From Rhodothermales bacterium (GTDB lineage Bacteria; Bacteroidota; Rhodothermia; Rhodothermales; Bin80), in the NCBI GenBank assembly GCA_965220935.1, contig OZ244857.1:2440929-2504928 (forward strand): DNA of 64,000 nt. The letters are read 5' to 3'. Shown piece after piece: positions 1 through 8,392 of this stretch. How positions within the stretch are numbered: position 1 is the stretch's first letter; the number at the start of each line of letters is the position of its first letter. Under the pieces are notes generated by a model. The model did not search any database. It saw nothing but the letters and a program-made list of their open reading frames with translations, and was not told the origin of the DNA. The position numbers and the translations under genes were made by a program.

Positions 1-987
1 CAGGCGCTTGGTTAATGTTTTGGCATCCAAGTTTGTGTCAATAGATAGGAAGAAATAGAATGCGCCTTCCGATGGCGAAATGCTGATTGGAGCCTTAATT
101 CCCCGAAGAGTCTGCAATACTATTTCGCGAACCTCCGCCATTTGCTTCATGTACTGTATACAGTAATCGCTCCCTTGATTCATTGCTGCAAGTCCAAGTG
201 CCTGACTTGGCAGGGCAGGACAAATCTGATTCGTATCCTGAATTTTTCTGATATCTGGCACGAGAAGCGGAGGAACCGCCATATAACCTAATCTCCATCC
301 CGCCATCCCATAGGCTTTACTCATTGAATAAAGCGAAACCGTATGAGCGGACGCCCCCGAAGCGCTTCCAGGTGAATAATGTGTAGATCCGTTAAATGTA
401 AAGTATTCATAGGCTTCATCCGATATATGGTAAATGCCGTGTTCTCCACACAATTGATTGATCGCCCTAAGCGTGTCGACGGAATAAACAATGCCCGTTG
501 GATTATTCGGTGAAATTGTTACAATTGCCCTCGTCTTTGGGGTCATTGCCGCTTTGATCGCATCCAAATCTGGAATCAGTGACGCTCCGAGTGAAACTAA
601 TACTGGAGTACACCCTGCAATGCGGGTCGCCATTTCGTGATTGAAGTAATACGGCACCAAAAGAATCACCTCATCTCCTGGACTGGTAACGGACAGCAAT
701 GAGGCGAAAAATGCCATATTACTCCCTGCCGTAACAATGACTTCAAAGCCTGAATCTAACTTATTCTCGTCGGATAATTTCTGAGAATAAACATCTCGCA
801 GGTCTCGTCTACCCAGCACAAATCCGTAACGATGAGTCTCTGGATTGATGAACGCTTCCTTAACCGCTACAAGTGCAGAGCCTGGTGGTGGATAATGGAC
901 GACTCCCTGTCCAAGAGAGAGTGTCCCAGGGTTTTCCAACATTAAGTCTGAGACAAATCCCATCACTGGCATCTGCACAGACAACAT
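1..987 (-). CDS. PLP-dependent aminotransferase, class I/II fold (C-terminal end runs off the window)
   Basis: Missing from the ORF track because no stop lies inside the window. My reverse-strand translation from the ATG at 987-985 (an upstream GTG at 1014 is also possible) reads MLSVQMPVMGFVSDLMLENPGTLSLGQGVVHYPPPGSA...TISPNNPTG...SLYSMSKAYGMAGWRLGYMAVPP and stays open to base 1. NPTG and SxSK...GxRxGY are the classic PLP-lysine region of this fold. The track ORF 95..298 is a wrong-frame artefact inside it. Confidence 0.8.
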   Translation of the reverse strand, partial: MLSVQMPVMGFVSDLMLENPGTLSLGQGVVHYPPPGSALVAVKEAFINPETHRYGFVLGRRDLRDVYSQKLSDENKLDSGFEVIVTAGSNMAFFASLLSVTSPGDEVILLVPYYFNHEMATRIAGCTPVLVSLGASLIPDLDAIKAAMTPKTRAIVTISPNNPTGIVYSVDTLRAINQLCGEHGIYHISDEAYEYFTFNGSTHYSPGSASGASAHTVSLYSMSKAYGMAGWRLGYMAVPPLLVPDIRKIQDTNQICPALPSQALGLAAMNQGSDYCIQYMKQMAEVREIVLQTLRGIKAPISISPSEGAFYFFLSIDTNLDAKTLTKRL

Positions 988-1128
988 CCGACTCGATCGT
1001 GTAGGTATCTTCACAACAATATGATAATATGAGAGATTAATTTACCAGAAATTTCTTTAAAAACCTTATTCATAAATGTATCGTCTGAAGATCTAAATCG
1101 TAGAATACGCAAAATTACCGAATCTGCT

Positions 1129-1788
1129 GTGCTCCATCTTACTTGCGACGCAATCCTATTTGACTTGGACGGAGTCCTTATAGATTCTAACCATGTTTAT
1201 GAGGCACATTGGGAGATATGGGCACAACAGCGGGGAATATCGTATTCTCACATTTTGGAAGTTCATCATGGTCGGCCAGTCACTGAGACGATTCAGATTG
1301 TAGCACCACACTTGAATCCAATTGCAGAAGCTGAGGCATACCGTGATCAATTATTGAGCAGTAACCACCTAAAACATGTCCATCCATTTCCAGGTGTTGC
1401 TTCACTATTACACAACTTGCCAAGTAGTCGGTGGGCCATTGCAACGAGCGCACCTCGCGATTCCGCTATGCAGATGCTTTTTCATGCAGATCTACCCTTG
1501 CCAAAGGTATTTGTCAGCGGTGATGATGTCGGCATAGGAAAGCCTGCTCCATACCCATATCTACGGGCTGCTTGGGGATTAAATCATGAGATTGATCGTT
1601 GTGTCGTGATTGAGGATGCGCCCGCTGGAATTCGATCTGGACGAGTAGCAGGGGCACATGTCATCGCCGTTCAAACGACGAATCATTCAGATACACTTTT
1701 TGAAGCCCATACGATTATCAATGCGATTTCAGATCTGCAGATTGAGCATCTCGGTTCCCACCTAACAGTTTCATGCTATTCAGTCTAG
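1129..1788 (+). CDS. HAD-superfamily hydrolase (phosphatase / beta-phosphoglucomutase-like)
   Basis: 219-aa ORF with a GTG start. DAILFDLDGVLIDS is HAD motif I (DxDG), IATSAPR is motif II, GKPAPYPY carries the motif III Lys, and VIEDAPAGIRSG is motif IV. Confidence 0.85.
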   Translation: MLHLTCDAILFDLDGVLIDSNHVYEAHWEIWAQQRGISYSHILEVHHGRPVTETIQIVAPHLNPIAEAEAYRDQLLSSNHLKHVHPFPGVASLLHNLPSSRWAIATSAPRDSAMQMLFHADLPLPKVFVSGDDVGIGKPAPYPYLRAAWGLNHEIDRCVVIEDAPAGIRSGRVAGAHVIAVQTTNHSDTLFEAHTIINAISDLQIEHLGSHLTVSCYSV

Positions 1789-2171
1789 TTTGAAGACCAT
1801 GATCTATAACGGCGAGGCACCTCGCTAGTGAGACCGCAAAAGGTTGTATGCATTCTGTCCATCAATCAGTCGCGTCTATGAACTAACTATAGCCAGTTGC
1901 ACGACCGAAATTTTGAATAGGCATGACCGTGGAACCAATAGATTGCTCCATAACAAGATAAGTCCCAAATGCATTAGCAACATTTGTTGTGTGCATTCTT
2001 CAAGCACTATGGTCGTGCCGACAATACAAGTGTGGACTAAGTATCTGCAGACATGCCGCCTACAAATTGATAGTCATCAAGCCCTATCAGGGCCTTGACT
2101 AAACCCATCAGTAACTACCCCATTTTCTCATGGGTGCCGCGAGTTCAATAATCTCCGATAATCAATCTACT

Positions 2172-2615
2172 TCAACGCTCAGATTCTAAGCTAACAGAAA
2201 TGCTCGTGGGATTCTTCAAGTTATCCGATACCGGGCATCTCTCTTCAACCAGATTTAACCATTTGTTTAATAGGGCAGAGTCTGCATCTGAATCAACTTC
2301 CAGTTTCACGGATATATCCTTAAATCCTGCTCTATCTGGTGAATCTCCAGTCAGAAATTTATCTGGATTAATGGTCCCTTCAACATGGATTTTGAGAGAT
2401 TTAATCTCAATCTCTAGTTCTTTGGCTATCACAAATGCCACCACATTTAAACATCCAGCCAAGGATGCCAAAGTATATTCAACTGGCATCGCACCGTGAT
2501 CCGTGCCTCCCAACGTAGGTGGTTCGTCAATCGTGATACTAAAGTTTCGAGATGATCCGACAAATTTGGTGGGACTGTAGCTTTCACCAGAATAATTGAT
2601 TTGTAAATTGCTCAT
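2172..2615 (-). CDS. OsmC/Ohr-family peroxiredoxin-like protein
   Basis: 147-aa ORF. The segments SLAGCLNV and ERCPVSDNL match the two conserved Cys-containing regions of the OsmC family, and the size is typical. Confidence 0.75.
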   Translation of the reverse strand: MSNLQINYSGESYSPTKFVGSSRNFSITIDEPPTLGGTDHGAMPVEYTLASLAGCLNVVAFVIAKELEIEIKSLKIHVEGTINPDKFLTGDSPDRAGFKDISVKLEVDSDADSALLNKWLNLVEERCPVSDNLKNPTSISVSLESER

Positions 2616-3150
2616 AAGTTATTGTATGGATTTAAGATTAAACATCATCATTCTTGGAACGAATCTCCAAAAACTCCATGCTCTACGATTTTTTTGAATT
2701 GTAGTTACATTAATATATTTTTTGAAAGTTAAACTACGTATATTCAATCACCATAGAGCTTTGACATCTTTGAATTGACGGATTCAGGCGAACAGATTTT
2801 GCTTGTAATAATACGAATTATCGGATTCTGCAACTGAATTACGATGTATGATGAAAGTTATTTTTCAAGCCTTCATGTATCCGATGGAAAATCACTGATA
2901 TCAAGTCACATTGATCATTAAATCGTGTTAAAGATACTTTTCATTACCTATTGATAACTACCTATATCCAACACTAGATGTATTGATGGTATTTAATTTG
3001 AAGAAATATATTATTTTGATTATACACTTTGATGTAACAGAGCCATCAATCTGAATTGGAAAGTACTTTGTTTGAAAATTGATAGACTAGTATCTATCAA
3101 GTCATGATATATGATCATTTGTAGATAAAACTTATCTCAGATTCCACACT

Positions 3151-6100
3151 ATGAATGTATTTGCTTTTCGGGAAAAGATAATTGCAGAATATGCCCGATT
3201 TTCTCGTAGTTTTACTAAGATTCTGTCCAAAGATATCCTTGATAAGGTCAATGAAATTTATGCTAAAGAGCATTTCTGGCCTCCTCCATTAGTTCAATTA
3301 AACCCTAACTTTGAATCAGGCGGATACATCAAACAACTGGTGAGCGATGGCCTCTTACATCCAGAATGTGATAATATTTTCCGAATCAGGAGTGAGGACG
3401 ATCTATTTGGTCAGCCGATTCGTTTGTATCACCATCAGAAAGAAGCCATCAGGATTGCAGCAAAACAGGAAAGCTATGTGCTAACAACTGGAACGGGGTC
3501 TGGCAAATCACTGGCTTACTTCATCCCGATTGTTAATGATGTGTTGCAACGAAAAGATGCAGGGAAAACTACCCACCAAATCACAGCAATTGTCGTCTAT
3601 CCGATGAATGCGCTATGCAACAGTCAACTTGAAGAACTTGAAAAATATCTTACCCTCGGCTATGGAAAAGGGCTTGAACCTGTGACATTCGCTCGCTATA
3701 CTGGTCAGGAATCTCAAGAGCAGCGGGCATCAATTGCTAAAAATCCGCCAGACATTTTATTGACAAATTATGTTATGTTGGAATTGATCATGACCCGATT
3801 TATGGAAACGGACAAGGCGATCCGTAATCATGCAGCAGGGTTACGATTTTTAGTACTTGATGAATTGCATACATACCGAGGGAGACAAGGAGGAGATGTT
3901 GCGATGTTGGTTCGCCGCGTCCGCGAGAGATTCAACGAAAATCTTATGTGCATTGGTACTTCTGCCACTATGATCTCAGAAGGTCTACATGCTGAGCGTA
4001 ATGAAGTGGTTGCAAGCATTGCCGGCCAAATTTTCGGAGTTTCTGTTAAACCTGATAATGTCATAACCGAAACATTAAAACTGGTCACACCCTCTTACCA
4101 ATCCACGTCAAATGCTGATCTCAGGGTATCTATTGAAAGAGGGATTCCTAACAATCTTAACTACGAGGAATTATCCAAGCATCCAGTGGCAAATTGGGTT
4201 GAGCACAATATGGGCATAGAAAAAATTGAGAATAAATATGCTCGAATCTTTCGTCCACTAAGTATTCATGAAGGATCCAAACGCCTCGCTAATGAAACTA
4301 ATTTGGATGTGAGCGTCTGCGAGAGATATCTAACAGATTTTCTTCTCATGTCTCATAAATGTCAGAATGAAAAAGGTCTTAGTCTCTTTGCTTTTCGGTT
4401 GCATCAATTCATTAGTAGAGCATGGAGTGTTTATACCACACTTGAACCTCCTGACACACGATATATAACCCTTGAAGGGCAGCAGTTCAAGCCTGGAAAT
4501 CGTAACCTTCCATTATATTCGCTCTGTTTCTGCAGGCAATGTGGACAAGAATATATTCCTGTATGGGCTGAGTTGGAAGGAAATGATCCTGTGTCGTTTA
4601 CCTCCAGAGACTTGAATGATCGTTTGAGTGAGGAGGAGGATCGGAAATGCGGATATCTAATGCCCGACACCTCATCATTGTTTGATTCCGTTAACATTGA
4701 AGATCAGTATCCTGAGAGCTGGGTTGAGGCACGGACAGGGCGAATTCAGCTCAAACCATCCTACAGGCGTTATGCTCCCACCAGTGTTCAAGTCAGCACA
4801 GACGGGAATGTGGTGCGACAGGGACTGCCTTCATGGTTTATCTCAGGATCATTTAGATTCTGTCTTAATCCAGAATGTGATGTTCATTATGTTGGAAATA
4901 TTCGTGAGCTTACTAAACTATCTGGACTTTCAAGTGAAGGAAGAAGTTCTGCGACGACTATACTGACGCTTTCTTCACTTAAGTATCTTATCGGGACGGA
5001 CTTGGATGACGAAACCAAGAAGATTCTTGCCTTTACTGATAACCGTCAGGATGCGAGTCTCCAGGCGGGACATTTCAATGACTTTATACAGATTCTAATG
5101 CTTAGAGGAGCATTACTCGCAGCGATCCAGAATGAGTCAGATGGAAGACTTACCGATAATTCTCTAACCCACAGGGTTCTTGATCACCTCCATTTGGATA
5201 CATTTGACTACGCTTCAAACCCCCAAGCAAAAGGGCCGCGTGCGGAAGAAACACTTGAGACACTCCGGTATATTTTAGGGTACCGGCTTTATTTTGATCT
5301 ACAGCGAGGATGGCGCATTACAAACCCAAATCTTGAACAACTGGGTTTATTAGAAATCAGATATCGAGATCTCATGGAATGTTGCCAAGATGAAGACGAA
5401 TGGCAGGCGCTCCATCCACTGATTGGCAATATGAAACCTGAATCGCGTCATGAGATTGCTCGAGAAATTCTTGATCTCATGCGAAAATCCCTCTGTATAA
5501 AAACGATTTTTTTAGACTCGGAACGACTAGAGAGAGTTGGTAACGCTAGTTATAATTTGCTCAAAGAACCTTGGGGACTATCTGAAGATGAGAAACTTCA
5601 GCCCATATCGTTTATGATCCCACGACCAAAAAGAAGGCAAGATATTAGATCTAAGAATCTGCATATCTCGCACCGCTCTGTGTTTGGAAAAAAAGTGAAA
5701 TCTAGAAATTTCTGGGGAACAGATAACCCTCACTACCCAGAAAAATTTGGAGAAGACCTCTACAACCGCATCATTGATGATGTGTTATCTGTTTTAACAA
5801 TTTATGGTTATGTAGATTCCTCAGATCTTGCTGGAAATGTCACAGGATATACTCTAAACAGTTCAGTTCTTGAATGGCATTATGTCAAAGAATTAAATGA
5901 ACCTCCATCCAACGAATTCTTCTATCAATTATATAAAAACGTGGCGAATTCTTTCAAAAATCATGACCGATTGTTTCATCAACTTGAAGCAGGTGAACAC
6001 ACTGCCCAGGTGGATTCTGAAACACGTAAGGAACGCGAATTTCGATTTCGAAAAGGGCTTGCAAGCGAGAAAGTCATTGATGGGAAATCAGAATCATCTG

Positions 6101-8391
6101 GGCTACCTGTTCTTTTCTGTTCTCCGACCATGGAGCTCGGAGTAGATATTGCCTCGCTGAATGCAGTGTACATGCGGAACGTTCCTCCTACGCCAGCCAA
6201 TTACGCACAGCGCAGTGGACGCGCTGGAAGGAGTGGTCAGCCCGCACTAGTAATTACCTACTGCGCAGCACGGTCTCCGCATGATCAATATTTTTTCTCC
6301 AATCCAACACGCATGGTCAGTGGCACTGTTACCCCTCCGAATATAGATTTAGCAAACGAAGATCTCATTCGTAGCCATTTGCAAGCAGTCTGGCTCACTG
6401 AGACAGGTATGAAACTGCCAAAGTCAGTATCCGAAATTCTTGATAGATCGGATAGTCCTGATCATCCTCTACGCGAAGAGATTGAGAAACAAATTCATTC
6501 ATCAAAGATTATATTTCGAGCGCAAACTCGTGCACATCGCATCCTTCAGACGCTGATATCTGCTCTCTCTCCTGAAGATGCTCCTTGGTATACAGATACT
6601 TGGTTGGAAAGTACTATACGAGCCGCAGAGTTACGGTTTAACGAAGCTTTTGATCGATGGCGTTCTCTCTATCGCGCAACAGTTATCCAAATGAGTTCTG
6701 CAGAAAACATCTTGAAAAATGCTGCTGCAACTGAGCAAGACCGGAGTGAGGCAAAGAAGCGACATGATCAGGCGTATACTCAACAAAATCTTCTTCTCGG
6801 AAAGAGAAACGTTACAGTTAACTCTGACTTTTATACCTACCGTTATCTGGCGTCGGAAGGTTTCTTGCCAGGCTATAATTTTCCTCGCCTACCCCTATTA
6901 GCATTTATTCCAGGCCGACGCAAAAAAGTTGGGCGAGATTCATTTTTAAGTAGACCTAGATTTCTAGGACTTTCTGAATTCGGCCCTCGATCAATCATAT
7001 ATCATGAGGGAAGCATATATCGGGTGCAACGTGCTATTTTATCACCACATGATGAGTCCGAGGTAACCATATCCTCCAAACTTCCAGTACAAACTACCAT
7101 GATCTGCAATACCTGCGGTTACGGCCATTTTGGAGATCTGAGTGACTCTGAGCGTTGCGTCAATTGCAATGAATTGCTTGGGGGAGGGCGCATGATCCGC
7201 AACCTTTATCATATTGAGCAGGTCTCTACTCAGAGAATTACACGCATTACTTCTGATGAAGAGGAGCGTAGGCGCCAAGGATACGAAATGATTACAACCC
7301 TTCAATTCAATCAGGACAATGGTCAAGCACGAAGAGAAATAATTACTATTGAGGATAATGATTCTCCTTTATTGGAACTCTGCTATGCTCCTTCTTCAAC
7401 ATTATGGCGTATTAATCTTGGATGGCACCGACGTAAAGAGAAATCTATAAACGGATTTAGTATAGATGCTAATTCTGGCGCATGGACTAAGGATTCTCAG
7501 GCTTTGACAGATGTTCAGGATGACTTAATCCAAGAGGGCAAAACGATTCAACGTATTAGTCCATTTGTGAAAGACACTCGAAATATACTGATTCTTCAAC
7601 CTCTGATTGAATTAGATGAAGTAGTTTTGGTCTCCATGCAATACGCCATCAAGCGGAGTATTGAGCATGAATTCCAACTTGAAGAGTCTGAACTTACTGC
7701 TGAACCTCTGCCCGATCGTCATCAACGTAACAATATTCTATTTTACGAATCTGCTGAGGGAGGGGCAGGGGTACTCGCCCACCTAACAGGTGATCTGGAC
7801 ACTTTTGCAAGAATAGCGAAAAGAGCGCTCAAAATCTGCCACTACAAATCTAAAACTGAAACATGGTCAGGCCTAGATGATCTTGAAAACATGGAGACAG
7901 ACTGCGAAGCTGGTTGCTATAAATGTCTGTTGAGTTACTACAATCAAATTGATCACGCACTGATTGATCGCAGAAATCAAAATCTACTTGACTTGCTTTG
8001 TAGACTGAGTGTCGCTTCCTCAAAAGCACAAACCAATATCACTAGTGCTGACAGCTATGAGGAACTTCTAAATGGTTCATCCTCCTCACTGGAAAAAGAG
8101 TGGTTGAATTTCATCCAATCAAATGGCTATCATCTTCCCGATAAATGCCAACCTTATCTGGAAGCCTATGAGACTCGTCCTGACTTCGCTTACACTAAAT
8201 ACCAAATATTGATCTATATTGATGGTCCGCATCATCAGGAAAAAACTCGTGTGGATGCAGATAAAATCATTGATCGGCGTCTTACAAATGGAGGTTATAC
8301 GGTGATCCGCTTTACTAGTAATCAAAGAGAATGGTTCAAAATTGTACATCAATATTCCTGGGTATTTGGATCAAAGCCATCTACGACATAG
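3151..8391 (+). CDS. Large DExH-box helicase fused to a DUF1998-type zinc module and a C-terminal DUF559/Vsr-like nuclease-fold domain (DrmA+DrmB-like fusion)
   Basis: 1746-aa ORF. Helicase motif I is LTTGTGSGKSLAY (~3490-3510), motif II is LVLDELHTYRG (DELH, 3859-3870), motif III is GTSAT (~aa 269), and the C-lobe carries TMELGVDI and QRSGRAGR (6208-6231, ~aa 1020), so the lobes carry long insertions. DUF1998-like features are a Cys4 ribbon MICNTCGYGHF...CVNC (from 7099), ILFYESAEGGAGVL, and CEAGCYKCLLSYYNQIDH (7903-7950). The tail (8092-8388) reads RPDFAY...ILIYIDGPHH...DADKIIDRRLTNGGYTVIRF, which resembles DUF559. Confidence 0.85.
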   Translation: MNVFAFREKIIAEYARFSRSFTKILSKDILDKVNEIYAKEHFWPPPLVQLNPNFESGGYIKQLVSDGLLHPECDNIFRIRSEDDLFGQPIRLYHHQKEAIRIAAKQESYVLTTGTGSGKSLAYFIPIVNDVLQRKDAGKTTHQITAIVVYPMNALCNSQLEELEKYLTLGYGKGLEPVTFARYTGQESQEQRASIAKNPPDILLTNYVMLELIMTRFMETDKAIRNHAAGLRFLVLDELHTYRGRQGGDVAMLVRRVRERFNENLMCIGTSATMISEGLHAERNEVVASIAGQIFGVSVKPDNVITETLKLVTPSYQSTSNADLRVSIERGIPNNLNYEELSKHPVANWVEHNMGIEKIENKYARIFRPLSIHEGSKRLANETNLDVSVCERYLTDFLLMSHKCQNEKGLSLFAFRLHQFISRAWSVYTTLEPPDTRYITLEGQQFKPGNRNLPLYSLCFCRQCGQEYIPVWAELEGNDPVSFTSRDLNDRLSEEEDRKCGYLMPDTSSLFDSVNIEDQYPESWVEARTGRIQLKPSYRRYAPTSVQVSTDGNVVRQGLPSWFISGSFRFCLNPECDVHYVGNIRELTKLSGLSSEGRSSATTILTLSSLKYLIGTDLDDETKKILAFTDNRQDASLQAGHFNDFIQILMLRGALLAAIQNESDGRLTDNSLTHRVLDHLHLDTFDYASNPQAKGPRAEETLETLRYILGYRLYFDLQRGWRITNPNLEQLGLLEIRYRDLMECCQDEDEWQALHPLIGNMKPESRHEIAREILDLMRKSLCIKTIFLDSERLERVGNASYNLLKEPWGLSEDEKLQPISFMIPRPKRRQDIRSKNLHISHRSVFGKKVKSRNFWGTDNPHYPEKFGEDLYNRIIDDVLSVLTIYGYVDSSDLAGNVTGYTLNSSVLEWHYVKELNEPPSNEFFYQLYKNVANSFKNHDRLFHQLEAGEHTAQVDSETRKEREFRFRKGLASEKVIDGKSESSGLPVLFCSPTMELGVDIASLNAVYMRNVPPTPANYAQRSGRAGRSGQPALVITYCAARSPHDQYFFSNPTRMVSGTVTPPNIDLANEDLIRSHLQAVWLTETGMKLPKSVSEILDRSDSPDHPLREEIEKQIHSSKIIFRAQTRAHRILQTLISALSPEDAPWYTDTWLESTIRAAELRFNEAFDRWRSLYRATVIQMSSAENILKNAAATEQDRSEAKKRHDQAYTQQNLLLGKRNVTVNSDFYTYRYLASEGFLPGYNFPRLPLLAFIPGRRKKVGRDSFLSRPRFLGLSEFGPRSIIYHEGSIYRVQRAILSPHDESEVTISSKLPVQTTMICNTCGYGHFGDLSDSERCVNCNELLGGGRMIRNLYHIEQVSTQRITRITSDEEERRRQGYEMITTLQFNQDNGQARREIITIEDNDSPLLELCYAPSSTLWRINLGWHRRKEKSINGFSIDANSGAWTKDSQALTDVQDDLIQEGKTIQRISPFVKDTRNILILQPLIELDEVVLVSMQYAIKRSIEHEFQLEESELTAEPLPDRHQRNNILFYESAEGGAGVLAHLTGDLDTFARIAKRALKICHYKSKTETWSGLDDLENMETDCEAGCYKCLLSYYNQIDHALIDRRNQNLLDLLCRLSVASSKAQTNITSADSYEELLNGSSSSLEKEWLNFIQSNGYHLPDKCQPYLEAYETRPDFAYTKYQILIYIDGPHHQEKTRVDADKIIDRRLTNGGYTVIRFTSNQREWFKIVHQYSWVFGSKPSTT

Positions 8392-8392
8392 C

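Noticed and set aside
95-298. A 67-aa minus-strand ORF from the track.
   Set aside because: It is the wrong frame inside the aminotransferase gene. The frame open to base 1 carries the SxSK PLP motif.
1844-2098. An 84-aa plus-strand ORF between the HAD and OsmC genes.
   Set aside because: It has no recognisable motif and a Cys/Ser/Thr-rich low-complexity composition. It sits in a convergent intergenic region, so it is probably non-coding.
8342-8392. The upstream extension of the SNF2 ORF (MYINIPGYLDQSHLRHS) proposed by the track.
   Set aside because: It overlaps the last 50 nt of the helicase gene in another frame. ATG 8393, 1 nt after the helicase stop, begins the conserved N-terminus MEVVNFKPGDLVRLRGREW.
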